Positions 39,651 through 50,945 of a DNA stretch of 64,000 nt are shown in pieces (positions within the stretch are counted from its first letter, which is position 1; each line of letters opens with the position of its first letter). The stretch lies in contig DHEJ01000010.1 of the NCBI GenBank assembly GCA_002399815.1, positions 25,920 through 89,919 on the forward strand. The letters run 5' to 3'. Position numbers and translations under genes: made by a program. Origin of the DNA: Acholeplasmataceae bacterium UBA4853. GTDB lineage: Bacteria > Bacillota_I > Bacilli_A > Acholeplasmatales > Acholeplasmataceae. The notes under the pieces were generated by a model. That model was given only the letters and a program-made list of their open reading frames with translations. It did not search any database and was not told where the DNA came from.

Positions 39651-40625
39651 ATGAAAGATGCTAAATCACTGATTCATCCTGAACTTAGAATGACGGCTAG
39701 ATTCTTTAAATTTTTCATTCCATCATTTAAAGTGGGTAATCTTAAGGTTGCAAAAAGTTTATTTAATACCATTAAAGGTAAATGCTTTTCTAAATTGTAT
39801 TATGAGCAACGTTATATTGATAGAACAGATGGTTCCAAGCTAAGAATTACAATTTATGCCCCTTTAATTAGAAAACCGAATACAGCTGGGCTTTTATGGA
39901 TGCATGGTGGAGGTTATGGGTTAGGTATTCCTGAAATGGATGAGAAAACCTATAAAAAACTCATTGATGAAACAAATTGTGTCATTATTGCACCAGATTA
40001 TACTTTATCAGTAGAAAAACCTTATCCTGCAGCCATCAATGATTGTTACTTAGCACTTTTATGGATGCATAAATATGGCGGTGAATATATGATTAATCCC
40101 AATCAATTAATGATTGGTGGTGAGTCTGCTGGTGGTGGTTTAACAGCAAGTTTAGCATTAATGGCTAGAGATAAAGGTGAGGTTAATCTAGCATTTCAAA
40201 TGCCTTTATACCCCATGTTAGATGACCGGATGAATACAGAATCTGCTAAGGATAATAATAATGATCCAGTATGGAATTCAAAATCCAATTATTTAGCTTG
40301 GAAATTATATTTAGGTGAATTATTTCAAACCGATCAAGTACCTATTTATGCAGCACCTGCAAGAGCACTTAATTTAAAGAAACTACCACCTTGTTTAACC
40401 TATGTTGGTACCGTAGAACCATTTAGAGATGAAACCATTGATTATGTCAATCGTTTAAGAAATGCTGGAAATGAAGTGACTTTCAAACTTTTTGAAGGTG
40501 GATATCATGCATTTGACATTCTATCAGGTGATACTTCAATTGGTGTATCTGCATTAGAATTTTTAATATCAAATTTTAAATATGCAATTGAAAACTATTT
40601 TGCATATAATAAGGAAAACATATGA
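39651..40625 (+). CDS. HSL-family esterase/lipase (alpha/beta hydrolase 3)
   Basis: HGGG, GESAGG, EPFRDE and YHAF. Confidence 0.9.
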   Translation: MKDAKSLIHPELRMTARFFKFFIPSFKVGNLKVAKSLFNTIKGKCFSKLYYEQRYIDRTDGSKLRITIYAPLIRKPNTAGLLWMHGGGYGLGIPEMDEKTYKKLIDETNCVIIAPDYTLSVEKPYPAAINDCYLALLWMHKYGGEYMINPNQLMIGGESAGGGLTASLALMARDKGEVNLAFQMPLYPMLDDRMNTESAKDNNNDPVWNSKSNYLAWKLYLGELFQTDQVPIYAAPARALNLKKLPPCLTYVGTVEPFRDETIDYVNRLRNAGNEVTFKLFEGGYHAFDILSGDTSIGVSALEFLISNFKYAIENYFAYNKENI

Positions 40626-41455
40626 AACCATTAATTTTATACCCCAATGATGCATTTATTGGAAAAACTATTAGAGAATACTTACAACATTTTAATGTTG
40701 GTAAAGCTGTAATATATAAATATTCATCTAATCACTTAATCAAAGTCAATGATGTGTTAAAAAACTCTGAGTACCGAATTAAAAAAGATGACATGATATC
40801 TATCACATTAGAATGTGTTGAAAAAGCATACTATACAGAAGAACCGATTGATATTATATTTGAAGATGAAGATATTTTAGTTGTGAATAAACCAATTGAT
40901 TTACTTGTTCATAGTGATGGAAATACATATGATACTTTAACAGACCGAGTGGGCAATCATTATCAAAAACTTGGATATTTTCACCCAGTATTACCAGCAC
41001 ATCGTATCGATAAAGAAACTTCTGGAATTGTTATTTTTGGTAAACATTTTATATCTATTGCGTATTTATCAACCCAGTTTGAAACCAGAGATATTGTAAA
41101 GATTTATACGTGCTTGGTTGAAAATGTATTTACTCAAAAAGAAGGATTGATTCAGTCTAAACTCTTAAGAGATCCACATTCAAATAAAATGCTCGTATCT
41201 CCACATGGTAAAATGGCAACGACTACCTACAAAGTAATTCAAAATCTATTTGATCAAGCGTTATTAGAAGTTGACATTAAAAGTGGTAGAACTCATCAAA
41301 TTAGAGCTCAATTAGCTTCCATTGGACATAGTGTAGTAGGCGATCCATTATATGGAACACCTAAGGGTAGATTGATGTTACATTTTAGTAAGATATCATT
41401 TAAGGGTTTAAGAGATGATAATTGGGTCACTTTTGAATCAAAAGCACCATTTTAA
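40622..41455 (+). CDS. RluA/RluD-family pseudouridine synthase
   Basis: VNKP, HRIDKETSG, GRTHQIR and GDPLYG. Confidence 0.92.
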   Translation: MKPLILYPNDAFIGKTIREYLQHFNVGKAVIYKYSSNHLIKVNDVLKNSEYRIKKDDMISITLECVEKAYYTEEPIDIIFEDEDILVVNKPIDLLVHSDGNTYDTLTDRVGNHYQKLGYFHPVLPAHRIDKETSGIVIFGKHFISIAYLSTQFETRDIVKIYTCLVENVFTQKEGLIQSKLLRDPHSNKMLVSPHGKMATTTYKVIQNLFDQALLEVDIKSGRTHQIRAQLASIGHSVVGDPLYGTPKGRLMLHFSKISFKGLRDDNWVTFESKAPF

Positions 41456-41460
41456 AAATA

Positions 41461-41510
41461 AAAACTAGAACCTTTTGACATGAATCATATCATATGAAGG
41501 TTCTAGTTTT
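41461..41510. terminator. Bidirectional terminator between convergent genes
   Basis: AAAACTAGAACCTT/AAGGTTCTAGTTTT, a 14-bp stem. Confidence 0.75.
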
Positions 41511-42288
41511 TTATTATATCGTTTAAGGTAGTCAATTCTTCTAATGAAAGATAACGCCAATATCCTTCAGGTAGATTATCTAGTTTAATGTGCATAATTC
41601 GGATTCTTTGAAGTTTTACCACATGGTAACCTAAACAATCTGCCATACGTCTAATTTGACGATTTAAACCTTGTTTTAAGATGAGTTTAAAGGCAAATTC
41701 TGAAATCTTTGTAACTTTAGTAGGTAATGTTTTTTGATTTTTATGACTAACTGGATTATAGATTAATACACCTGATTCGATTAAATTGATAAACTCTTGT
41801 GTAATTGGTTTATCTACTGTAACAATATATTCTTTTTCATGTCCATTTTCAGCTCTTAAAATTTTATTAACAATATCACCATCATTGGTCAGTAAAATCA
41901 ATCCAGATGAATCTTTATCCAAACGACCAATTGGAAAGATCTTTTCATTATAGTTCATGAATGTAATCATGTTACCAGAAATAGCAGTATCCGTTGTTGA
42001 TACGATACCTACTGGTTTATGAAGCGCAATATAGACTCTATTTTTTAATGGAGTAATGACTTTTCCATCGAGTTTAACAATATCATTAGGATAAACTTTT
42101 GTACCTACTAAAGCAATCTTATCATTGATCTTAATACGTTTAACTTCAATCATTTTATCTGCTTCACGTCTTGATGCAACACCGGAATCAGATATGTATT
42201 TATTTAAACGAATCGAATCATTTTCTAGGTGATCAATTTGAAAATCATCGACTTTTGAATTAGATTTAAATTGTTTAGCAAAGATCAT
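41503..42288 (-). CDS. rluF: RsuA/RluF-family pseudouridine synthase
   Basis: S4 domain RLNKYISDSGVASRREAD, GRLDKDSSG and QGLNRQIRRM. Confidence 0.85.
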   Translation of the reverse strand: MIFAKQFKSNSKVDDFQIDHLENDSIRLNKYISDSGVASRREADKMIEVKRIKINDKIALVGTKVYPNDIVKLDGKVITPLKNRVYIALHKPVGIVSTTDTAISGNMITFMNYNEKIFPIGRLDKDSSGLILLTNDGDIVNKILRAENGHEKEYIVTVDKPITQEFINLIESGVLIYNPVSHKNQKTLPTKVTKISEFAFKLILKQGLNRQIRRMADCLGYHVVKLQRIRIMHIKLDNLPEGYWRYLSLEELTTLNDIIKN

Positions 42289-42453
42289 AAGTACACTCCT
42301 TTTTAACTTCTATAATTTTACCAAAAAAGACCACAATTAACAATGATTTTAGTGTGTCTTTACATAAATGAATTATTATTCACTTATTACTCTTTACAAG
42401 TTAAGTGTTTTTGTATATCATAGAAGAAGTGTTAAAAATAAGGAGGATTTTTT

Positions 42454-43002
42454 ATGAGTAAATTAGCAAATCCAGGGCCACTTGGATTACTCGGATTCGG
42501 GATGACAACGATCCTATTAAACTTACATAATGCTGGGATTATTTCTTTATCATTAGTAATCATTTCAATGGGTGTATTTGTTGGTGGTTTGGCGCAAGTC
42601 GTAGCAGGTGTTTTAGAATTTAAACAAGGTAATACATTTGGTGGAACTGCCTTCACAGCTTATGGATTTTTCTGGTTAAGTTTAGTGATGATTTGGTTAT
42701 TACCTAAGGATTTTCCAGCTTTTCAAGCAGATAAAATTTCTATGGGTTATTACCTATTAATTTGGGGTATCTTTACAATCTTTATGACCATTGGTACTAA
42801 GACTCATAATACAATTACAAAATTAGTTTTCTTATCTTTAGCAATCTTATTTGTATTACTAGCTATTGGTGATTTTACAGGTTTAGAAATCATTACTAGA
42901 ATTGCTGGTTTTGAAGGTATTATTTGTGGTGCACTTGCTGTTTATGCCGCTGGTGGCCAAATCGTAAACAATGAATTAGGAAAAAAAGTATTTCCGATGT
43001 AA
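42454..43002 (+). CDS. satP: Acetate uptake transporter (SatP/YaaH/GPR1-FUN34)
   Basis: LANPGPLGLLGFGMTTILLN and GNTFGGTAF signatures. Confidence 0.93.
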   Translation: MSKLANPGPLGLLGFGMTTILLNLHNAGIISLSLVIISMGVFVGGLAQVVAGVLEFKQGNTFGGTAFTAYGFFWLSLVMIWLLPKDFPAFQADKISMGYYLLIWGIFTIFMTIGTKTHNTITKLVFLSLAILFVLLAIGDFTGLEIITRIAGFEGIICGALAVYAAGGQIVNNELGKKVFPM

Positions 43003-43005
43003 AAT

Positions 43006-43033
43006 AAGAGTCAAGAGTAATCTTGACTTTTAT
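43006..43033 (+). terminator. Rho-independent terminator
   Basis: AGTCAAGA/TCTTGACT plus T-run. Confidence 0.75.
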
Positions 43034-43055
43034 TTTTTTAATGGAGGTTTATATT

Positions 43056-43385
43056 ATGGCTAGTAGTAGTGAATTTATGCAATATGTTGTAGATAGTTTA
43101 GATCCAAAGTTTCATGTAAGAATTCAAAAGATGTTTGGTGAATATATGGTTTATGTTGAAAATAAACCAACACTTTTAGTTTGTGATAATACAGTATATA
43201 TCAAGATTACAGATGAAACATCTAAAGTGTTATCTCTAAATGAAAAAGGACATCCTTATGAAGGTGCAAAACTTCATTATATTCTTGATTTGGATGATAA
43301 GGATTTAGCAACAAAAGCAATAGACCTTTTACTACCAAATATTGTAGTTAAAATTAAGAAACCAAAACATCACGAAATGGTTTAA
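43056..43385 (+). CDS. TfoX N-terminal domain protein
   Basis: MASSSEF, KMFGEYMVY, LVCDNTVYIK and PYEGAK. GGAGG RBS. Confidence 0.85.
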   Translation: MASSSEFMQYVVDSLDPKFHVRIQKMFGEYMVYVENKPTLLVCDNTVYIKITDETSKVLSLNEKGHPYEGAKLHYILDLDDKDLATKAIDLLLPNIVVKIKKPKHHEMV

Positions 43386-43440
43386 GCATCTTTAATTTTA
43401 ATGAGATATTTTGTATAATAGTAGGGTGAGGTTTTTAAAG

Positions 43441-44079
43441 ATGATAAAGAATTATTTTAATATATTATTGAAGGCTATATTAGCCGGTATTTTGATTGCA
43501 CTTGCAGGTACGATTTACTTATCGTTAAAGAGCGAAAATGCGATTATTGGGGCATTTTTATTCGGATTTGGACTACTTACAATAGTTGGTTTAGATTTCA
43601 AATTATATACAGGCAGAGTAGGTTATGTCATTGATGAAAAACCTAGTTATTTAATTGAAATACTCATAATCATTATTGGTAATTCACTGGGTGGGTTACT
43701 GATTGCATCATTTGTTCATTTAGGTAATATGCAAAATATTATTTTAACTGCTCAAGATATGGTTACTCATAAGTTATCTAAAGAATTACTTCCGATATTT
43801 GGCTTATCTATTTTATGTGGTATGATGATGTATCTAGGTGTTGAAGGTTATAAACGCGTTAAAAATGATGTAGCAAGAACGGTATTAAATATCTTTGCAG
43901 TAGCAATATTTATTTTAGCCGGTTTTGAACACTCCATTGCAAACATCTTTTACTTTTTTGTAGCGAATCTTTGGACGTGGTATATGTTTGTTGCATTTCT
44001 AGTTATGTTATTAGGAAATGCAGTCGGAGCTATTATATTGAATGGCATTGAAAAATTAGCGAATACTAAGAAGGCTTAA
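43441..44079 (+). CDS. Formate/nitrite transporter family protein
   Basis: AILAGILI, LYTG, GFEHSIAN and GNAVG. Confidence 0.9.
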   Translation: MIKNYFNILLKAILAGILIALAGTIYLSLKSENAIIGAFLFGFGLLTIVGLDFKLYTGRVGYVIDEKPSYLIEILIIIIGNSLGGLLIASFVHLGNMQNIILTAQDMVTHKLSKELLPIFGLSILCGMMMYLGVEGYKRVKNDVARTVLNIFAVAIFILAGFEHSIANIFYFFVANLWTWYMFVAFLVMLLGNAVGAIILNGIEKLANTKKA

Positions 44080-44130
44080 TCTTAAGTCTTTTTTATTTTT
44101 TGGTACAATTTAGTTAAGGTGGTAGAGCAG

Positions 44131-44949
44131 ATGAAAAATGAAGTGATATTAATTACAGGTGCAAGTTCTGGTATCGGTAAAGAAACAGCAATCTTTCTTA
44201 GAAATAAAGGCTATATTGTTTATGCCGCTGCTAGAAGATTAGATAAATTAAAAGCATTAGAAGCTTATGATATTATACCCATTCAATTAGATATTACCGA
44301 TGAGGTAAGTGTTTCAAATTGTGTGAATCAAGTTTACCAAAAAGAAGGACGTATTGATGTGTTATTTAATAATGCCGGTTTTGGATTATACGGTCCGATT
44401 GAAGATATTGATATGAAAGATGCAAAATATCAATTTGATGTCAATTTGTTTGGTCTAGCATATATGATCAAATGTGTTTTACCTATTATGAGAAAACAAA
44501 AAAAAGGACGTATTATCAATACATCCAGTATCGGTGGAAGAATTGTTTCTTTATTAGGTGGATGGTATCATGCATCCAAGTATGCATTAGAAGGTTTGAG
44601 TGATGCTTTAAGATTAGAATTAAAACAGTTTGGTATTCAAGTAGTTTTAATTGAACCCGGTTTAATTAAAACTGAATTCATGGGTGTAACCTATGATTTA
44701 GCGAATCAAATTAGTATGCAGTCACCATATTATAACTTACTAGATAAAGTGAAGAAAGATGCCGAAAGAGACTATTTATCTGGGAAGGTTGGTTCTAATC
44801 CAATAGTTGTATCTAAGGCTGTTTATAAGGCAATTAAATCAAAACGACCAAAAACAAGATATGTTATGGGACAATTAAGTTTTATTGCTATGATGGGTAA
44901 GAAGTTATTACCTGATAAATGGTTAGACTATATCCTATTAAATCGGTAA
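44131..44949 (+). CDS. Short-chain dehydrogenase/reductase (NADP-type)
   Basis: TGASSGIG, AARR, NNAG and YHASK. Confidence 0.9.
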   Translation: MKNEVILITGASSGIGKETAIFLRNKGYIVYAAARRLDKLKALEAYDIIPIQLDITDEVSVSNCVNQVYQKEGRIDVLFNNAGFGLYGPIEDIDMKDAKYQFDVNLFGLAYMIKCVLPIMRKQKKGRIINTSSIGGRIVSLLGGWYHASKYALEGLSDALRLELKQFGIQVVLIEPGLIKTEFMGVTYDLANQISMQSPYYNLLDKVKKDAERDYLSGKVGSNPIVVSKAVYKAIKSKRPKTRYVMGQLSFIAMMGKKLLPDKWLDYILLNR

Positions 44950-44952
44950 CAA

Positions 44953-45291
44953 TTATAAGTCCAATGCTCTTTGAATGACAAGTTTAATGATATCAAATGG
45001 AATTGGTTCTTTTAAAGGTATAAGAATGGTTCCTTTAGATAACTTTAAGTCTTTTAACTTATCTTTTAATGATTCTATAATCGTTGGTCCTGGATATAAT
45101 CCAATATGCGTTTTATATCCACCAATATAAAACTTTTTCTTAGCAAGTTTAAACCCTAAAATACCGTACCCGGAATACTCTTTAATTTCTGTATTTAGCG
45201 ACAGAATATAATGTCTGACTTGATTAAAGATTGGTAATGCAACAGGATCAATTGATTTAATATAAGAATCTACTGTTTCATGTGTTGACAT
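44953..45291 (-). CDS. DUF1801/YdhG-like protein
   Basis: TVDSYI, HIGLYP and SKGTI motifs. Confidence 0.8.
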   Translation of the reverse strand: MSTHETVDSYIKSIDPVALPIFNQVRHYILSLNTEIKEYSGYGILGFKLAKKKFYIGGYKTHIGLYPGPTIIESLKDKLKDLKLSKGTILIPLKEPIPFDIIKLVIQRALDL

Positions 45292-45402
45292 GATTAAAAC
45301 CTCTCAATCTAATAAATATGGCTTAATTATATAATATATATATGTATTAAACCTTTAAATTAGCATAAGTTTATTATAATAGAAGTATGGAAGGTGAAGA
45401 TA

Positions 45403-45828
45403 ATGAAGAAATCTATTGATCAATTAACACCGATTCAAAAGAAGGTTGCTTTAGAAAATGGAACAGAGCCACCTTTTAAAAATGAATATTGGAATCACTT
45501 TGAAAAAGGACTTTATGTAGATATTTTAGATGGTACACCACTTTTTACTTCGAATGATAAATTCGATTCTGGTTGTGGATGGCCATCATTTTCAAAACCA
45601 ATTACTGAAGAAAAAGTTGTTGAAAAGAAAGATTTTTCACACTTTATGATAAGAACAGAGGTTAGAAGTAAAGATGCAAACATCCATTTGGGACATGTGT
45701 TTGATGATGGACCAAAAGATTTAGGTGGTTTAAGATACTGTATTAACTCAGCATCCATTAGATTTATTCCCTATAATGAACTTGAAGAAGCCGGTTATGG
45801 TGAATTTAAAAAACTCTTTACCAAATAG
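45403..45828 (+). CDS. msrB: Peptide-methionine (R)-S-oxide reductase
   Basis: [24 protein letters not shown] and RYCINSAS. Confidence 0.96.
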   Translation: MKKSIDQLTPIQKKVALENGTEPPFKNEYWNHFEKGLYVDILDGTPLFTSNDKFDSGCGWPSFSKPITEEKVVEKKDFSHFMIRTEVRSKDANIHLGHVFDDGPKDLGGLRYCINSASIRFIPYNELEEAGYGEFKKLFTK

Positions 45829-45830
45829 AA

Positions 45831-45858
45831 AAAAAACGAAAATTTAATTTTCGTTTTT
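45831..45858. terminator. Bidirectional terminator
   Basis: AAAAACGAAAAT/ATTTTCGTTTTT. Confidence 0.7.
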
Positions 45859-47329
45859 ATTTTACTCGGTTACGTCCATATAATTTTGTAAATCTCTTAA
45901 TCTTAAACTTAACCATTCGATCGAGTTCATCAGTCTTTAATCGCCATACCCAGTTATTACCTAAAGTAGATGGAATATTCATACGTGCTTCACTACCTAA
46001 ATTCAAGTAATCTTGAATAGGAATAATTGCAGTGTCTGCAATAGTTGCTAGGGTTGCTTTAATCAATGAATCTGTTTTAGATCCTTTTTGATGGTTAATA
46101 TAATCTAAACAATAGTTTAAATCAGATGTAGGCAGTTTCTTAAACCATTCGTATGTCGTTTCATTATCGTGTGTACCGGTATATACAATCACATTCTTGT
46201 GATATAAGTGAGGAATATAATCAGATTCTTCTCTAGAATCAAATGCAAATTGAAGCAATTTCATACCAGGGAAACCTGTATAAGAAAGTAGTGCTCTAAC
46301 CTCATCAGTGATAGCACCTAAATCTTCTGCAATAATTCTTTTCGGTCCTAATTGCCATTTGATTGCATCAAATAGTTTAGCACTTGGTCCTTTATGCCAC
46401 TTACCATTTCTAGCTGTTTTATCGCCAAAAGGAATACCAAAGTAGTTAACAAAACCGATAAAGTGGTCAATTCTTAGCATATCAAACATATGTGTATTAG
46501 AACGAACTCGATCTATCCACCATGCAAAATAATCTTTTTCTAGTAAGTCCCAATTGTAAAGTGGGTTACCCCATAATTGTCCATCAGCACTAAAATTATC
46601 TGGTGGAACACCTGCAACTAATAAAGGTGTTTTATTTTCATCTAATTGGAAGTAATGAGATTTGGTCCATACATCAGATGAATCATAAGCAACATAAATT
46701 GGCATATCACCAATAAATTCGATGCCTTTTTGGTTTGCATAAGTTTTTAATTTAAACCATTGTTTATATGCTTCATATTGTAAGAAGTATTGAAATTCAA
46801 CTTGATCTTGTAGCTCAATATAAGCATTTTCAATTGCAGATTTATCTCTTAATCGAAGTGATTTTGGCCATTGGTCCCAAGAGCGTCCACCTTCGGTTTC
46901 CTTAATAGCCATAAATAGCGCGTAATCAGGTAACCAGTAGGCTTCATTTGTTAAAAAAGTAATGTAATCAGGATTTGATTTATCAAATCTCTTATATGCT
47001 TTTTTAAGAACAATAAAACGTTCTAGATAGACTTTTTCAAAGTTAACCTTAGCTACTTCATCAGAAGAATCTATGATTTCACTGCGTTTAAGTAAGCCTT
47101 CAGTGACTAAAATATCTAGATCAATGAAATATGGGTTGATAGCAAACGCACTAAACGTTTGATATGGTGAATCACCATAGGACGTTGGGCCTAGTGGTAA
47201 AATTTGCCAGTATGTTTGATTTGTAGATTCTAAAAAGTCAACAAATTTATAAGCTTCTTTTCCGAATGTACCAATACCGTATTTTGAGGGTAGTGATGAA
47301 ATATGTAAGAGAATCCCTGCTTTTCTCAT
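45857..47329 (-). CDS. malQ: 4-alpha-glucanotransferase (GH77)
   Basis: GILLHISSLP, GQLWGNPLY, RIDHF, IAEDLG and YTGTHDN. Confidence 0.96.
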   Translation of the reverse strand: MRKAGILLHISSLPSKYGIGTFGKEAYKFVDFLESTNQTYWQILPLGPTSYGDSPYQTFSAFAINPYFIDLDILVTEGLLKRSEIIDSSDEVAKVNFEKVYLERFIVLKKAYKRFDKSNPDYITFLTNEAYWLPDYALFMAIKETEGGRSWDQWPKSLRLRDKSAIENAYIELQDQVEFQYFLQYEAYKQWFKLKTYANQKGIEFIGDMPIYVAYDSSDVWTKSHYFQLDENKTPLLVAGVPPDNFSADGQLWGNPLYNWDLLEKDYFAWWIDRVRSNTHMFDMLRIDHFIGFVNYFGIPFGDKTARNGKWHKGPSAKLFDAIKWQLGPKRIIAEDLGAITDEVRALLSYTGFPGMKLLQFAFDSREESDYIPHLYHKNVIVYTGTHDNETTYEWFKKLPTSDLNYCLDYINHQKGSKTDSLIKATLATIADTAIIPIQDYLNLGSEARMNIPSTLGNNWVWRLKTDELDRMVKFKIKRFTKLYGRNRVK

Positions 47330-49017
47330 ATAGTCTCCTTTACCTCATAGACTATTGTCTCATAAGGTCTTAATGTAATGTGTTTATGTTCAATTTTTGT
47401 ATCTGGGTAATTAGAAATTAGAATATAGCCAATTGGATAATTAGTTAAATCATATGTTACATTGTTTGTATCAAATGATCCAATGATTAAAAGTTTTTGT
47501 CCATTAAATGCTCTTTTATAGATAAATAATGAAGGGTGTTCAATTTCTATCATTTGATAAGTTCCATAGATTATGACATCCTTATAAGATGAAAATCTTC
47601 TTAATGATATAAGTTTTTGATAATAACTCCATATCGAGTTTTCATCAGCCATCTGATCAAATACATTGATACTTATATAATTTGGATTGACATTAAACCA
47701 TGGTTTTACTTTTGAAAAACCAGCAAAATCAGTAGGACTCCATTGCATCATCGTACGTGGATGATCCCTTGATGTCATAGCCATCTTTTTAAAGATATAG
47801 TCTTTCTTGTCAGGTTCTGATTTTATCCAATTTTTATAGCCTGTAATTGTCGAGATATCATTAAATTCAGAAGGATCCTTAAATGGATAATTTGTCATTC
47901 CAATTTCTTCACCTTGATAGATAAATGGGGTACCACGTGACATATACATAATGGTTGCAAGCATTTTAGCAGAAGCACTATGATAGTTTATATTCCCATA
48001 ATGAGATACTAATCTTGGTTGATCATGATTAAGCCAGTTAAGAGGTAACCAGCCAATATCCTTAAATGTCTCTTGCCAACGGTTTAATGTTTTCTTTAAA
48101 CCAACGACATCAACTTTTAAGTCTTTTAAGTCCAAAATATCATGAATGTTATTATGCCAGTTATGATCAAAGTTAAAGACCATAGATAATTCATTACTAC
48201 CAAATCTTGCGTATTTTATGGCTTGTTCAATTCCAGCTTGTCCTCCAACCTCACCAATAGCAAACGCATCGTAAGGTTTGAAGAGTTTTTCATACATTTG
48301 ATTTAAATATACATGAGTTTTAGGTAGATTTGAAAATTTAAACCAATCTAGTACGATATCTTTTGAGAATGTAGAATCCTCAAATGGTGCACGGTCTAAA
48401 TGTGATACAGCATCAATTCTAAAACCATCTATACCTAAGTCTAACCACCATTTTCCAACATCTACCATTGAATCTAATACTTTGGGATTATTCCAGTTTA
48501 GATCAGGCATTTTATCGGAAAATATTTTCATGTAATATTCATTGGTTATAGGATCGAATTTCCAAGCAGAACCACCGAAGAATGAACCCCAGTTTGTCGG
48601 TTCTTTCATTTGATTACCTATCATTTTAGGTTTTTGCCAAATATAGTAATCACGATAAGGGTTGTCAACGGATTTTCTAGATTCCATGAACCAAGCATGT
48701 TCATCTGAAGTATGATTTAATACGAAGTCAAGTATGACTTTTATACCTAATTGATGTGCTTTTTTAAGAAGTTTTTTAAAGTCGTCCATTGAACCGTATT
48801 CTTTTGCTATTGAAAAGTAGTCTCTTACATCATACCCATTATCATCCATAGGAGAATCATAAAAAGGGGTAATCCATATCAGGTTAACACCTAAAAGGTG
48901 AAGGTATTCTAATTTTTCAGTGATCCCATTTAAATCACCAATACCATCATTATTTGCATCAAAAAAACTCTTAATATATATCTGATATCCTACGGATTCC
49001 ATCCACCATTTTTTCAT
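47326..49017 (-). CDS. Oligo-1,6-/alpha-glucosidase (GH13)
   Basis: YQIYIKSF, DNGYD, DFVLNHTS, DGFRIDA, IGE and NHDQPR. Confidence 0.92.
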   Translation of the reverse strand: MKKWWMESVGYQIYIKSFFDANNDGIGDLNGITEKLEYLHLLGVNLIWITPFYDSPMDDNGYDVRDYFSIAKEYGSMDDFKKLLKKAHQLGIKVILDFVLNHTSDEHAWFMESRKSVDNPYRDYYIWQKPKMIGNQMKEPTNWGSFFGGSAWKFDPITNEYYMKIFSDKMPDLNWNNPKVLDSMVDVGKWWLDLGIDGFRIDAVSHLDRAPFEDSTFSKDIVLDWFKFSNLPKTHVYLNQMYEKLFKPYDAFAIGEVGGQAGIEQAIKYARFGSNELSMVFNFDHNWHNNIHDILDLKDLKVDVVGLKKTLNRWQETFKDIGWLPLNWLNHDQPRLVSHYGNINYHSASAKMLATIMYMSRGTPFIYQGEEIGMTNYPFKDPSEFNDISTITGYKNWIKSEPDKKDYIFKKMAMTSRDHPRTMMQWSPTDFAGFSKVKPWFNVNPNYISINVFDQMADENSIWSYYQKLISLRRFSSYKDVIIYGTYQMIEIEHPSLFIYKRAFNGQKLLIIGSFDTNNVTYDLTNYPIGYILISNYPDTKIEHKHITLRPYETIVYEVKETI

Positions 49018-49076
49018 AAAGAAAAGACCCTCGCTTCACTCTTTAATTGTATCAAATTTTAATGCTATAATAAAGA

Positions 49077-49090
49077 TGATAGCGGTTACA
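49077..49090. promoter_or_regulatory. LacI/CcpA-type operator in the divergent promoter
   Basis: TGATAGCGGTTACA matches the reverse complement of 60836-60849 at 13/14. Confidence 0.65.
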
Positions 49091-49142
49091 TATTTCTTGC
49101 ATGTATCTAATAATGTTATAATGTATTGGGTGATTAAATTAT

Positions 49143-50945
49143 ATGAACAAACATGCATTGTTTCATCAAGCAAAATCGGAATATTCATACCAATTTGATG
49201 AGAAAAAACTACATATTTTATTTAAAACAGCGAAAAATGATGTGAATAGTGTTTCACTATCTTTTGGAGATCCATTTGATTGGCAATACTCAAATGGTAA
49301 AGCACATTGGGTATCTAACCTTTTTGTTATGGAAAAGAGATATCAAACTGATGACTTTGATTACTACTTCATCGAAGTAGAACCAAAAGATTATCGTTGT
49401 AAATATGCTTTTTTAATTCAAGCGGATGAAGGTATTTTCTTTTATGGTTCAAAACGCTTGGAAAAACTAGATAAACTTCCAAGTAATGATTTTTTAGAAG
49501 GAAGTTTCTATGACTTATCAAACTATTTTAACTATCCATACTTAAATAAAGAAGACCTATCAGATACACCATCTTGGGTTAGACAAACAGTATGGTATCA
49601 AATATTTTTAGATCGTTTTTATTCTAAGAGAAAAAACTCTAAATTACCTTGGGGTAAATTGCCGGTTTCTAATCATGAATTTTATGGTGGTGATATCTTA
49701 GGTGTTATTGAGAAGCTACCTTATTTAAAAGAATTAGGTATAACAGGTATTTATTTTACACCAATTTTTGAAGCGAACTCTGCACATAAATATGATACGA
49801 TTGATTACTATAAGATTGATCCTCAATTTGGTACAAATGAACAATTTGGAATGTTGGTTAAAGAAGCACATAAATTAGGTATTAAGATTGTTTTAGATGC
49901 TGTATTAAATCACTGTGGATGGAATCATCCGTTCTTTCAGGATGTGGTTAAACATGGAAGAAACTCAAAATATGCTAATTGCTTTTTCTTAGATAAAGAC
50001 CCGATTATCAATTTTAAGATTGATCAATTCGGTAAACCTGTTTATGAGCATAATCTAAGACCTAATTATCGTACATTTGCATATACACCACACATGCCAA
50101 AGTGGAATACGAGTGATAAAATTGCAGAAAAACATTTACTTGGATCGATTGAATACTGGATTAAAACATACGATATTGATGGATGGCGATTAGATGTTTC
50201 TAATGAAATATCTCATGATTTCTTAAGAAAAGTTAAAGAAGTTACTAAGAAAGCTAAAAAAGATACATTCATCTTCGGTGAAAACTGGGATTCATCTATC
50301 CCTTGGTTACGTGGTGACCAAATGGATGCAGTGATGAATTATGATCTTTCTATTCCAATGTGGCAATATTTCGAAGATAAAATTAATTTAGAAGAATTTA
50401 AAAATGAACTCATTAGTTATACTGCTAATACACCTAAAAACGTTATTAGAAACATGTTTAACCAATTGGATACACATGACACAGTAAGAATGTTAAGACG
50501 TTTAAAAGATAATCCGGAACGACTAAAGATTGCTTACTTAATGATGTTTGCTAGTGCTGGTGCACCAAATATTTATTATGGAAGTGAAGTTGGTTTAACA
50601 GGAGATCATGATCCTGATAACCGTCGATGCTTTAATTGGAATGAAAGTTCATGGAATATGAGTTTAAGAAATTTTATTAAAAAACTGATTGAACTTAGAA
50701 ATACATATAGTGCATTTATGGAAAGTGATTATCATTTCATTGATCAAAATTCACTATCATTTGTCAAAAAGAGTGCTACGCATGAACTATTATTCTTAAT
50801 CAATGATAAAAATCAAAGTATGACATTAACTATAACTGATAATCTTGTTGGTAGATATAAAGATTTACTAAATAATGAAGTCTTTAATTTAGAAAAATCA
50901 TGTCAATTAGATGCATTTGACTATAAAATTTTAATTAAATATTAA
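49143..50945 (+). CDS. Neopullulanase/cyclomaltodextrinase (GH13_20 type)
   Basis: N-terminal CBM34-like domain, HKYDT, DAVLNH, DGWRLDV, GENW and THD. Confidence 0.92.
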   Translation: MNKHALFHQAKSEYSYQFDEKKLHILFKTAKNDVNSVSLSFGDPFDWQYSNGKAHWVSNLFVMEKRYQTDDFDYYFIEVEPKDYRCKYAFLIQADEGIFFYGSKRLEKLDKLPSNDFLEGSFYDLSNYFNYPYLNKEDLSDTPSWVRQTVWYQIFLDRFYSKRKNSKLPWGKLPVSNHEFYGGDILGVIEKLPYLKELGITGIYFTPIFEANSAHKYDTIDYYKIDPQFGTNEQFGMLVKEAHKLGIKIVLDAVLNHCGWNHPFFQDVVKHGRNSKYANCFFLDKDPIINFKIDQFGKPVYEHNLRPNYRTFAYTPHMPKWNTSDKIAEKHLLGSIEYWIKTYDIDGWRLDVSNEISHDFLRKVKEVTKKAKKDTFIFGENWDSSIPWLRGDQMDAVMNYDLSIPMWQYFEDKINLEEFKNELISYTANTPKNVIRNMFNQLDTHDTVRMLRRLKDNPERLKIAYLMMFASAGAPNIYYGSEVGLTGDHDPDNRRCFNWNESSWNMSLRNFIKKLIELRNTYSAFMESDYHFIDQNSLSFVKKSATHELLFLINDKNQSMTLTITDNLVGRYKDLLNNEVFNLEKSCQLDAFDYKILIKY